NCBI RefSeq assembly: GCF_001194135.2
Contig: NC_068990.1
Location: 55,727,527 to 55,782,501, forward strand
Length of the DNA stretch: 54,975 nucleotides
Source: Octopus bimaculoides
Taxonomy: Eukaryota
Direction of reading: 5' to 3'
In this document: positions 25,905 to 36,828 of the stretch, in pieces
Numbering within the stretch: position 1 is the stretch's first letter
Layout: each line of letters starts with the position of its first letter
Translations under genes and position numbers: made by a program
Notes under the pieces: model-generated
Told to the model about the DNA's origin: nothing
Databases searched by the model: none
What the model saw: the letters and a program-made list of their open reading frames with translations, nothing else

Positions 25905-26725
25905 GACTGTGTAGTTAGAGTATTGCTTCCCAATCACATGCATGGCTCCTGGTTCCCGCTGTGTGGAACTTTGAGCAAGTGTCTTTTACTATAGCCATGG
26001 GCCGACCAAAGTCTTGTAAATGGATTTGGTAGATAGAAACTGAAAGAAGCCTAACATATATATACATATATATTAGACAAAATGAGAGAACAAAGCCAAG
26101 GCTTTGAGTTTTCAGGACAATGATACCTGCCACTCTTTGAGTCTTCTAGATACCAATACCTCTCATACTCTTGCTTATATACATACATATATATATATTG
26201 TTGTGTCTGGGAAGAGTAATTCTCTTTTAGTGCCTTTCTATTTAACACACTCACCGGTAAAGTTTACTTATTTAATAAATGATAAATAAATAAATAAGTA
26301 AATGAGTGGAGACTTTACCAGTGAGTGTGTTAAATAATAAGTCACTAAAAGGGAATGATTCTCCCCACCCACAACAAAACATGCTTCAACACACGAACTC
26401 ACATAAAGAATTTGTAAACCAAATCCCAAAACATATATATATATATGTATATATGCATGTATATACATTTATTTGTATGGTATGTATGCATGTGTATCTT
26501 CACGTCTGTGTTTGTTTCCTACCACTGCTTGTTCATCATGTATTTACATTCTCATAATGAAGAAGTTTGGCAAACAACACTGATGGAATAAGTACCAGGC
26601 TGTACAAAAAATTAGTAACTTCTGGGGTTGATTTGTTCAACTAAAATTCTTCAAGGCAGTGCCCCAGCATGGCCACAGTCTAATGACTGAAACAAGTAAA
26701 ATATAAAATATAAAAGATAAAAGAT
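25905..26725 (+). mobile_element. SINE family A split by an approximately 450-bp insert in its central microsatellite
   Basis: 5' half at 25905-26052 (ttgcttcccaatcacatg...gaaactgaaagaagcc) and 3' half at 26505-26725 (...gtgccccagcatggccacagtctaatgactgaaacaag). Confidence 0.7.
26199..26376. mobile_element. Fold-back MITE-like element
   Basis: Arm 26209-26270 (ttctcttttagtgcc...tatttaacacactcaccggtaaag) is the reverse complement of arm 26295-26365 (ctttaccagtgagtgtgttaaata...gtcactaaaagggaa); (taaa)n spacer. Confidence 0.75.
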
Positions 26726-26987
26726 AAATAAATGAAAAGGATAATGAAATAAAGAAGTTACTCTTATTAAGATAATTATTCTTAGATTTTCTACTGATGG
26801 ACATGTTTTTACGTGCTCATCAAATTGTTAAACAGAATTATAGGATTACCATGTGAATCGGATTTTTCTTTTTGTATTTGATAACTTGGATAACTTAGAT
26901 ATGTTTTAGCCAAAGATTTGCCCATGCTATGTCTAACTTAACAGTGCCCCCGATAAGATTTATTAAGTCATTTTTAAGACAAATTTT

Positions 26988-27497
26988 GTGGTATCATGGC
27001 CCTTTCAAGTAGTCAAGTTGTTGTTGACTGAGTTGTATCCAGGCATAGGTGGCTTATCTGGTATCTTTTGAAGAAATTTGTCCAGCTATCATTTGAAGGC
27101 GATTGAATCCTTTTCTTCTTTGATTTGTTTTGGGATAAAATATACAAAGAGTAGGGCCACCTGAGTAAAAGAAATTGCATTGTAGTGAATTTATGTTGTG
27201 AGTCTGAATTGTGTAGGAGGCATATGGCATGTGGTATCATGGTCCATTCAAGTAGGGAGTTGTTGATTGAGACGTATCCAGGTTATAGGTGGCTTATCTG
27301 GTATCCCTTGAAGAAATTTGCTTGAAGGTGATGAGATCTTTTGTTTTGTTTGAAGGTGAGGAGATCTTTTTTTCTTCTTTGATTTGTTTTGGGAGAATGT
27401 TAAACAGAGCAGTGTTTGTTGAGGAAAAGAAATTGTTGCAGTGAATTTATGTGTTGCAAACCTGAATTGAGTTGGGGCATATAGTACTTGGTCCCAG
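26988..27497 (-). mobile_element. Two tandem, diverged 3'-end fragments of a CR1/L2-type LINE
   Basis: Minus-strand translation IPKQIKEEKDSIAFK**LDKFLQKIPDKPPMPGYNSVNNN resembles the CR1-group ORF2 C-terminus (F...LD.FL...PD.P...GY); units start at 26988 and 27231. Confidence 0.75.
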
Positions 27498-28293
27498 CCT
27501 TGGATGACTTCTGAGGTGTATTTTCCAAATTGTGGAAATGATGTAGCACTTATGGTGGTGCTAGAGAAAATAAAGATTCAATGATCATTGTTGTAATAGC
27601 ATTAATTTCTTTTTTGTGAACAAGCGGAGGTAATAAATTTTTTTTTTTTCCTCTTGCTCTATGAGTTGCAGTCAGGGCACATGGACAAGACATGATTCCA
27701 TGGCTGTTCATCATCATCCAGTGTTTTAAATCCAGGTTTTGTCCCCGTTAACGGGGTGGCTGGATCTACCTCAATGCCATAGCAACTGCCCTCACACCAT
27801 CTCACCATATGACATCATGACTTTTGCAAAATGGTACCAGAAATTTGTGAGAACTCCAATACTTTTACTGCCCTCACACCATCTCATCATCTTGCATCAT
27901 GACTTTTGTAAAATGGAGTCAAAAATTTGTGAGAGCTTCAATACATTTATTGGCCTAAGTATTGGCCTGACCAGACACGGAGTATTAGTTTTTCCACTTC
28001 TTGTAGAAGGGACATGTTCCACAAGTCAAACAATCTATTCTCTGCCAACATCCTCTTTGAGGAGATCTTGGTATGCTGAAGAGAGCACGGCATACCAAGC
28101 TGTGGCTTTTTTTTGTGTGTGCATGGGCTGAGGCTGCAGCAGCTACAGGGAATCTGTGTTGGGTAGAAGAAGAAGAAGCAGAAGAAGAAGAAGAAGCAGA
28201 AGAAGAAGAAGAAGAAGAAGAAGAAAAAGAAATATGTAAACATTTTAAGTGTATGTTGATTTGGTGAGGAAAAAGTATAACTAAAAAAACATC

Positions 28294-28373
<80 letters not shown>

Positions 28374-28375
28374 GG

Positions 28376-28505
28376 ATATCTACGTGTCTCTGACTGTGTT
28401 TGTCCTCTACCACTGTTTGACAACCAGTGTTGGTGTGTTTACATTCTCATAACTGAGTGGTTTGGCAAAAGAACCAATACAATAGGTACCAGGCTTGAAA
28501 ATATT
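28376..28505 (+). mobile_element. SINE family A, partial 3' half
   Basis: tgtgtttgtcctctaccactgtttgacaaccagtgttggtgtgtttacattctcataact...ggtaccaggctt. Confidence 0.7.
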
Positions 28506-28701
28506 TCAAGGCACTATGTTAGGAGAGTAATGGAGGGATGAGTGATAAGTAGATGGAGCGGTATAGAAGGCTTGACAGGGATAAGTTGGGCAATGAGTCA
28601 GTTCTATGTATATACATCAATGCGATAAGAGAATTCCTCCCAAACGCGTATCAACATATCATGATCTACTGAGTTGAACACTGTTGTTATTCGATGTTTA
28701 A

Positions 28702-28891
28702 GATTTTTTCTTATGGGAATATGGAAAAGATTGCATTTATGTTCCACTGCTACCCACTAACCTTGATGACCTTAAACATCAGATAACAACAATGATCAAC
28801 TTGTGATATGCTGATACACGTCTGGGAAGAATTCTCTTATCGCATTGATGTTGCCCGTGCTACAGGTGGTGGCCACATTGAACACTTGTAA
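28702..28891 (+). pseudogene. Tc1/mariner-superfamily transposase C-terminal fragment (frameshifted)
   Basis: DFFLWEYGKDCIYVPLLPTNLDDLKHQITTMIN / DMLIHVWEEFSYRIDVARATGGGHIEHL*; the DFFLWG..K..VY and GGHIEHL motifs are typical of Tc1/mariner DD(D/E) transposase C-termini. Confidence 0.85.
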
Positions 28892-29144
28892 GACAGGAAA
28901 TAAAAGTTGATTGTGAGTAAATACTTGTGACTTAGCTGGAGTTTTCTATTGCTTTTTCTTATTAAAATATTGCATTTTGAATAACACTGTATATATAATC
29001 TATCTATCTATCTATATATATATATATATATACACATGCACACAAACACACAAATATGCATGCACACACATATACACATATTTATTCTCTTACTTGTTTC
29101 AGTCTTCTGACTGTGGCCATGCTGGAGCACCACCATTATACCGT

Positions 29145-29184
<40 letters not shown>

Positions 29185-29206
29185 CACACAGATAATACAT
29201 ATATGA

Positions 29207-29244
<38 letters not shown>

Positions 29245-30272
29245 NNNNNNNNNNNNNNNNNNNNNNNNNNNNNNNNNNNNNNNNNNNNNNNNNNNNNNNN
29301 NNNNNNNNNNNNNNNNNNNNNNNNNNNNNNNNNNNNNNNNNNNNNNNNNNNNNNNNNNNNNNNNNNNNNNNNNNNNNNNNNNNNNNNNNNNNNNNNNNNN
29401 NNNNNNNNNNNNNNNNNNNNNNNNNNNNNNNNNNNNNNNNNNNNNNNNNNNNNNNNNNNNNNNNNNNNNNNNNNNNNNNNNNNNNNNNNNNNNNNNNNNN
29501 NNNNNNNNNNNNNNNNNNNNNNNNNNNNNNNNNNNNNNNNNNNNNNNNNNNNNNNNNNNNNNNNNNNNNNNNNNNNNNNNNNNNNNNNNNNNNNNNNNNN
29601 NNNNNNNNNNNNNNNNNNNNNNNNNNNNNNNNNNNNNNNNNNNNNNNNNNNNNNNNNNNNNNNNNNNNNNNNNNNNNNNNNNNNNNNNNNNNNNNNNNNN
29701 NNNNNNNNNNNNNNNNNNNNNNNNNNNNNNNNNNNNNNNNNNNNNNNNNNNNNNNATTGTTTATATATATGTGTGTGTTTGTATGTTTGTGTGTGATTAG
29801 CAAGGAAAATATCTGAGGATACCGATTTTCTCTCTGCAATCAATTCATTTATTCAACACCACTACATAATTAGCACCACCTATGGCAAACTCATTGCATA
29901 CTAATGTACGATTTTAGCATAGTTTGCTTCTTGCTGAGTTCCATTAGAATTCTTAGAGTCTCAAAGAATGTTTTGCTCAATGAAAACTGTGCTACAATGC
30001 TTTATTTTTAAATCAAAGCATGAAATGAAAGGGAAAACATTTCTTTGCATACACTCCACAACATGTTGGAAGCAGTTTTTGTATTTTCTTTGCTTTTTTT
30101 CTTATTGTTTTTACCCCAACTATTGAATTTCTTCCTCTTTTTTTTTTATCAGCAGCAGAATCCATTAGATTTTAAGAAAAGTCAAGAAGGAGAGAAACTC
30201 TATGCAGTTGCAAGATATAGCAGCTAAATCTACTACAGATCACATCCTGCTATCTTGGAAGAAGAATGACAG

Positions 30273-30450
30273 TAGCACAGGTATGGCTGTGTAGGTGCAG
30301 GCATAGCTATGTAGTAAGACATTTACTTCCCAACGACATGGTTCTGGGTTCAGTCCCACTGCATGTCACTTTGGGCAAGTGTCTTCTACAAAAGTGCTGG
30401 GTTGATCAAAACCTTGTAAGTAGATTTAATAGAAAGAAGCCTATTGTGTA

Positions 30451-30452
<2 letters not shown>
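30273..30452 (+). mobile_element. SINE family A, 5' half (rest lost in a gap)
   Basis: catggttctgggttcagtcccactgcat..ttgggcaagtgtcttctac...gaaagaagcctattgtgtat. Confidence 0.75.
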
Positions 30453-30509
<57 letters not shown>

Positions 30510-31035
30510 NNNNNNNNNNNNNNNNNNNNNNNNNNNNNNNNNNNNNNNNNNNNNNNNNNNNNNNNNNNNNNNNNNNNNNNNNNNNNNNNNNNNNNNNNNN
30601 NNNNNNNNNNNNNNNNNNNNNNNNNNNNNNNNNNNNNNNNNNNNNNNNNNNNNNNNNNNNNNNNNNNNNNNNNNNNNNNNNNNNNNNNNNNNNNNNNNNN
30701 NNNNNNNNNNNNNNNNNNNNNNNNNNNNNNNNNNNNNNNNNNNNNNNNNNNNNNNNNNNNNNNNNNNNNNNNNNNNNNNNNNNNNNNNNNNNNNNNNNNN
30801 NNNNNNNNNNNNNNNNNNNNNNNNNNNNNACATACATACATACATACATACATACATACATACAAACATACATATATGCATGTATATATATATATATATA
30901 GTGTACTTGTTTTTGTAAACATTCGCTGCTTTCTTCCAAGGAATCTAATGCTCTTAGCTTAGTTTTTCCTTGGGGCTGGCCAAATTGGAGCAATATCGAG
31001 AATAACCAGCCGAAATTGCAAAGACTTAATAATAT

Positions 31036-31270
31036 AAATACATAACAAAAACACTAGGACTTACGAATGTATATAACATACAGAAAATAGCACTACTAGG
31101 CATTGTGCACATCTTACGTAAAGCACTTTCAATGCAGTGAAAATAAGAGCGCCACAACAAAGCACAGCACATACCCAAGGCATACAGAGATGCGCTGCGT
31201 AGTGCAGTGAAAGCACGTAATAAAAATAAGACTATTGAATGATAAAATAATAATAATAATAATAATAATG
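31036..31270 (+). mobile_element. 3' end of an R4/Dong-like (RLE-type) non-LTR retrotransposon with (taa)n tail
   Basis: 31036-31140 encodes KYITKTLGLTNVYNIQKIALLGIVHILRKALSMQ*, matching the terminal QK.ALLGTA.ILR motif of RLE-encoding LINEs; a 3' UTR and (taa)n follow. Confidence 0.75.
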
Positions 31271-31394
31271 ATAATATTTAGCATCACCATTATTATTATT
31301 ATTATTGTAGTTATGTTTGTTTTGATATTACGATTGAAAGTTTTGGACATGAAGTTTGCATCCACTAAGCAAATTGTGCTCGTGCACATATGTA

Positions 31395-31650
31395 GGCCTG
31401 CTTGATAAGAGCTGACCTACAGCTCAAAACTAACAATATGTTATGTAGGGGAGTAATGGCCAATGCAGTTAAATGACCCGCTAAAAATAATAATGAAATC
31501 TCACTCAAATCAAAATCATAACCGTCTTAAATACAGAAAGGATATAATAAGATGATACAGTCTTTATGACAGGTTTGCCATGATTACTATGCTTTTCACT
31601 ATAGGTGTGTTTGATTAGGGTTTACCTGGAGGTGCACAACAGCAACTTAT
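31395..31650 (+). mobile_element. SINE family C (diverged)
   Basis: gacccgctaaaaataataatgaaatctcactcaaatca...accgtcttaaa...ataggtgtgtttgattagggtttacctgg. Confidence 0.55.
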
Positions 31651-31708
31651 ATAGTGACTACTCAAGAACTAATTGCATACATTTATTAAACAGAGTACAG
31701 AAGATAGG

Positions 31709-31742
<34 letters not shown>

Positions 31743-31912
31743 TTGTATATGTATGTAGTATAATATATATGCATGCATACATATATTTATGTGTATGTAG
31801 ATACATATATATGTAATATAATATAATATATATATGTATATGTAAGATAATATAATATATATACATATATATATATGTATATACACACACACACACGATT
31901 ATATATAATATA

Positions 31913-31945
<33 letters not shown>

Positions 31946-32002
31946 TGCATACATACATATACATACATACACATACAGCACACACACTCACACACAAATA
32001 TA

Positions 32003-32079
<77 letters not shown>

Positions 32080-32081
<2 letters not shown>

Positions 32082-32257
32082 GAGAATATACAAATAATAA
32101 CAACAGACGAGGACAGGTGGTGTAAATAACAAAAGTATATATTAGTATGACGCTCGGGAATACGGAAAGTCTTTGACGTTTCGAGCTACGCTCTTCAACA
32201 GAAAGAATACGGAGACAAGGAGAAAAACACGGAGAAAAAAAATTGAATAGTGTTCAT
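32080..32257 (-). mobile_element. Penelope-like terminal-repeat fragment carrying a hammerhead
   Basis: CpG-retaining (apparently young) sister of 6570-6757; contains the motif at 32170-32206. Confidence 0.65.
32170..32206 (-). ncRNA. Minimal hammerhead ribozyme variant (CUGUUGA core, palindromic helix III)
   Basis: Reverse complement: tcttt-CTGTTGA-a-gagc(gta)gctc-GAA-ACGT-C-aaaga. Helix I 5 bp, helix II 4 bp, GUC cleavage triplet, loop-less ACGU helix III. Confidence 0.7.
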
Positions 32258-32538
32258 ATATATATATGTGTGTGTGTGTATAAAGCACACAAACACACTC
32301 CAAATGCTGGATCACCTTCTGGTTCTATTGACATTGTACTTTGTGAAAAGGAATTAGTATTTTTTATTAGTCGTTAGTTTAGGTGTATGCTTATTAATGC
32401 ATGTGTTTGTGTGTGTGCCTTTTAGCATTGCGTACATGCATGTGCATACATGTCTGTATATTTGCATTGATGTGTGCGAGAGAGAGGCAGGTATGCACAA
32501 AGGTACGTGTGCATGTGAAATATCAATAATGTTCTTAC

Positions 32539-32582
32539 CTTAGAAAATTTACGAACAGCAAAGCATTTACAATAAACACAGA
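32539..32582 (-). CDS. Candidate 44-nt internal exon
   Basis: Acceptor tatttttcttttaattgtgtag| and donor ttctaag|gtaaga; open frame (x)CVYCKCFAVRKFSK. No linked exons were identified. Confidence 0.3.
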
Positions 32583-33231
32583 CTACACAATTAAAAGAAA
32601 AATACATACCGAAAAAAAAAAGACAAAGACAAAACAAAAAGAAACAAAACGAAAAAAATGACATAAAAAAAGAAAAATTTTCTTTGTGTGGGAGCGGGGG
32701 AGTGATTATGAAAGCAAGGAGGGAGAAGTAGAAGAACGGAAAGAGTAAAATAATTGACAGGATGGGTGAGGGGCAATCAGTAATAAAAGAATGTAAGAAC
32801 CAAGGAACTTGGGTTTAAGTAGTTTAAAAAGAAAATGCGTATTAAGTTTTGGAATGTGTGTGTGTGCACACTCATGCATTTGTGTGTGTGTTAGCTGCAA
32901 GAGGAGTAGAATCAGAAAGGGATATAGAGGAGAGAAAGAGAAGCGGTGAAAGGGAGCGATATGAATTTTTGTGAAAACATAGATATGACTGTATAAAAAT
33001 AATCCATGCACATGAGAGGGACTATTGCTGCAGCTATCAGCAGTAAAACACTTTTTTTGCCAGTTCCTGTCAACAGCCCCCAAAACAACTTGACCGCCAA
33101 CACTGCTTGCGCTCTATACTACTGCTGCTGCTGTTTTTTTAAGAGTTTATCACTACCATTATTACTATTGTTATAATTATAATTATTATTATTATTAATA
33201 TTATTGTTGTTGTTGTTGTTGTTATTATTAA

Positions 33232-33680
33232 CACGGTGAGATGGAAGAACTGGTAGCATGCCAGGAAAAATGCTTAGTGGCATTTTGTCTGTCTTTGTGT
33301 TCTGGGATCAAATTCTGCTGAGGTTAACTTTGCCTTTCATCCTTCTGGGAGTCAATAAAATAAGTACCAGTTAAATACTGGAGTTGATGTAATCAACTAG
33401 TCCCCTACCCTCAAATCTCTAGCCTTGCGCCTTTAGTAGAAATTATTATTATAGTTGTAGTTGATGTTGTTATCATTATTATTATTATTATTAAGGTGGT
33501 AAGGGGGCAGAATCATTAGCATGTTGGACAAAATGGTTTGCAACATTTTGACTGTTTTTTTGTCCTGAATTCAAATTCTGCTGAGGTTGACTTGCCTTTC
33601 ATCCTTTTGGGGGTGTTGATGTAATCGACTTATACCCTCCTCTGAAATTGCTGGCCTTGTACCAATATTTGAAATCATTA
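33232..33680 (+). mobile_element. Two tandem SINE family B copies with (tta)n tails
   Basis: Family B blocks at about 33232-33445 and 33494-33680 (caaattctgctgaggt..actt.gcctttcatcc). Confidence 0.8.
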
Positions 33681-33697
33681 CTATTATTATTGTTGAG

Positions 33698-33930
33698 CCC
33701 CAGAGTGATGAAACTATTCTGTATGCCTTTGTTCAATGTCTGGGCATTGCTGACTTGTGGGGTTATGTCGAACAGCTGCTGTCATGTCTACACTCTCTGA
33801 GTGTAGACCTGTGAGTCGGAGAGGGCACACTTGCTCTTGGGGTTCAGTGAAATCTTGGACAGTGGGGTTCCTTGATTATCTCTAGAGCTCTTTCCTGTAT
33901 CAGGAGGGCCACATCTCTATCATCCACCCT
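33698..33930 (+). mobile_element. Tx1/L1-clade LINE C-terminal fragment (zf-RVT region)
   Basis: 33698-33787 encodes PQSDETILYAFVQCLGIADLWGYVEQLLSC, matching the E(T/S)..H.F..C.....W motif of the L1/Tx1 zinc-knuckle domain with His decayed to Tyr. Confidence 0.6.
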
Positions 33931-34121
33931 GCCACTTTAAAAAAAATTTAAACTTTTGTATGCTAAGCATATGTCCCTTCATTTTCAATGTATATACTTG
34001 TTTTTTTTTTATCATTTCATCATATGTAAATCCCAACACTTTATGTCTGTCTTTGTATTGTACTCCTCATCCTTTGCCCTTGTGGCAAATAAATGAAATC
34101 ATCATCATTATTATTAATGTG

Positions 34122-34318
34122 ACAAGCAGGCAGAATCGTTGGAATATTGGGCAAAATGCTTAGCGGCATATTGTCTGTTTTTTTACATCCTGAGTTCATC
34201 TTTGACTTTCACCCTCTTGTGGTTGATAAAATACGTACCATTTGAGTACTGGGGTCAATGTAATTGACTAACTCTGCTCTCCTGAAATTGGTAGCCTTGT
34301 GGCAAAACTTGAAACCAT
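34122..34318 (+). mobile_element. SINE family B
   Basis: gcaggcagaatcgttggaatattgggcaaaatgcttagcggcat...gagtactggggtcaatgtaattgac...ccttgtggcaaaacttgaaacc. Confidence 0.75.
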
Positions 34319-34421
34319 TATCATCACTATGTGTATTACACCATAGTATTCACTAATGCATCCACAACTAAAGACTACATGCATGTGCGTGTGTGTATAC
34401 AAATGCATAAATATGTATGTA

Positions 34422-34472
<51 letters not shown>

Positions 34473-34525
34473 ATATATATATCCATATAACTCTTTCTCT
34501 CTCCCTCTCTCTGTATATATGTATA

Positions 34526-34576
<51 letters not shown>

Positions 34577-34678
34577 AAGTATTTGTATATGTATATCTAT
34601 ATATCTCTCAGTTTCTCTCTCTTGCTTTCTCTGTATAAATATATGGTATGTGTGTGTATACACATATATATATATATG

Positions 34679-34714
<36 letters not shown>

Positions 34715-35395
34715 GAACATGCAACCACATATGGACTACAACAATAGTGACAAATGATACATGTGTGTACGTATGTATGTATGTATATTAACCCCCCCCC
34801 CCGAAAAAAAAGNNNNNNNNNNTAGGTCAATTGGCTTAACTTTAAGGGGGCAGCTAGCTATTCGGAGCAAGAGGAAACCAACCAACAAAGGGGCTATAAC
34901 AACAACAACAACAACAGCAACAATAATAATAATAATAACAATGACAATAATAATAATAATCATAATAATAATAAAGAGAACAAAAATTATAGAAAGAAAA
35001 AGAAGAATTAAAAAACCTAAGGAACAATGAAATGTTAAGTATCACAATGAGGCATAAATAGATTTTCTTCTGAATAAGCACATGGGGAAGAGAAATTGGA
35101 TGTTGTAACATTTAAGCTTTCACAAAAGGTCTTAATGATATTATCTGTGTTGGTAACTGCAAAGAAATGGTATCAGTCACCAATTGAAGAAGGCATGTTG
35201 TGGCATTGATTCATTGGGAACAGAATGTGGGACACGATCTTTGACTCTCAGTCACGAGGTTTTTAAAAAAAATTTTTTGTCCTTACAAAAGGAACAAGCG
35301 AAAGGCAATGTAGTTAGTATATTTACTTGCAGTCATTTCTGGAATGATGTCTTTTTCCCATCCACATGATAATAATCAACTGATAATGCTAAGTA

Positions 35396-36030
35396 AATAA
35401 AGAGTTTGGAACCCATTCATTTTGATAATAAGCACTTGATAACAATAGCAGATCAGTAATATTAGTAATAATAACTAGCAGTTAACAATAACATAGAGCA
35501 AAATAAACAGTCTGGGACAACCACTAATTTTGATTTCCAATTTTGGCACAAGGCCAGCAATTTCAAGAGAAGGGGCTAGTTGATTACATTGACCCCAGTA
35601 CTCAACTGGTACTTATTTTATCAATTCTGAAAGAATGAAAGGCAAAGCTGACCTTGGTGGAATTTGAACTCAGAACATAAAGGCAGATAAAATGTTGCTA
35701 TGCATTTTGCCCAGCAGGCTAACGATTTTGCCAACTCACCAACTTCAACAGATCGGTAATATTAATAAATAGCTGATAACAATAAGCAGCTGATAACATT
35801 GAACAGAATAAAGAGTCCGAAACCTACTAATTTTGATAACAATAACCAATCAATAACAACAGCTAGCTGATAATATACATCAAAATAATTTGTCTGGGAC
35901 CTACTGATTTTGATAACAATACACAGCTGATAAGAACAACAACTGATAACATTAAGTGAATAAAGAGTCTGGGACTCACCAATTTTAATAACATAATCTG
36001 GTTGATATCAGTAAGCAGTTGATAACAATA
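35396..36030. repeat. Degenerate 70-110 bp tandem repeat (about 5 units), interrupted by a SINE
   Basis: The motif aataaa(g/c)agtctgggac..(c)actaattttgataacaata recurs at about 35396, 35503, 35807, 35885 and 35959. Confidence 0.7.
35535..35743 (-). mobile_element. SINE family B inserted in the tandem repeat
   Basis: ccaattttggcacaaggccagc...gaccccagtactcaactggtacttattt...aatttgaactcagaac...gattttgccaactcacc. Confidence 0.85.
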
Positions 36031-36404
36031 ACCATCTTAAACATTCTCTGAGTGACAATCTAATACATTCACTGTGAATGTCCTTTTGACTTTTATTGTT
36101 TTTTTTTCTGTTTTTATTTTTGATTTGCCTCTGTGTGTGTGTGTGTGTGTGTGTGTGTCTATATAAGAAGTCACAAAAAATCCATAAGTCAGAAAAAATA
36201 GGCACTCTTATGTTTGTCAACAGAGTATGTATATTAATCAAAGTCTACCTACATCATTAAAGAACCATTTTTCTAATCGATTTTGTATATTTTTTCAGTA
36301 ACTGCAATCTCTGAGGAGCATGTGGTCTTGGCTAAAATAATACTGTATATATACATACATACATACATTCATACATACATACATACACACATACATACAT
36401 AGGA

Positions 36405-36720
36405 TGGTTTATACCTGTAATTATTGGTGCACTGGGATTTGTAACACACTGCCTAAATACCAATCTTGAGAAATTAAGCTTCTCAAAACCAGAAAAGAGA
36501 AAGTTAATTTGAAGACAACTGATCCAAGCCATACCAGAACTGTAAAAATCTGTAAGACTTTCCAGAAGTTTATCATTTAAGTATACATGAACATGTCAAG
36601 ATATGCAAGTATATGCATGAGAAAACATACATAAAACTAAACATACAAATCTGCCTGTATACATACATACATACATAAATACATATATACATACATACAT
36701 ACATGCATGCATACATACAT
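36405..36720 (+). mobile_element. 3' end of a second RLE-type (R4/Dong-like) non-LTR retrotransposon
   Basis: FIPVIIGALGFVTHCLNTNLEKLSFSKPEKRKLI*R...TVKICKTFQKF; the P(V/I)(I/V)IGALG motif is characteristic of the RLE C-terminus; (catac)n tail. Confidence 0.7.
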
Positions 36721-36828
36721 ACACACATACATGCATACATACATATATTACATACATACTTACGTACGCGCGTATATGATACATGCGCACACACATATTC
36801 AAGTATGTTCATAAAATTCATAGATGTA

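Noticed and set aside
30144-30280. Strong acceptor and an FN3-like peptide (LQDIAAKSTTDHILLSWKK) ending at acag|gtatgg
   Set aside because: The frame is closed by a TAG between the strong acceptor and the peptide, and the donor coincides with the start of a SINE.
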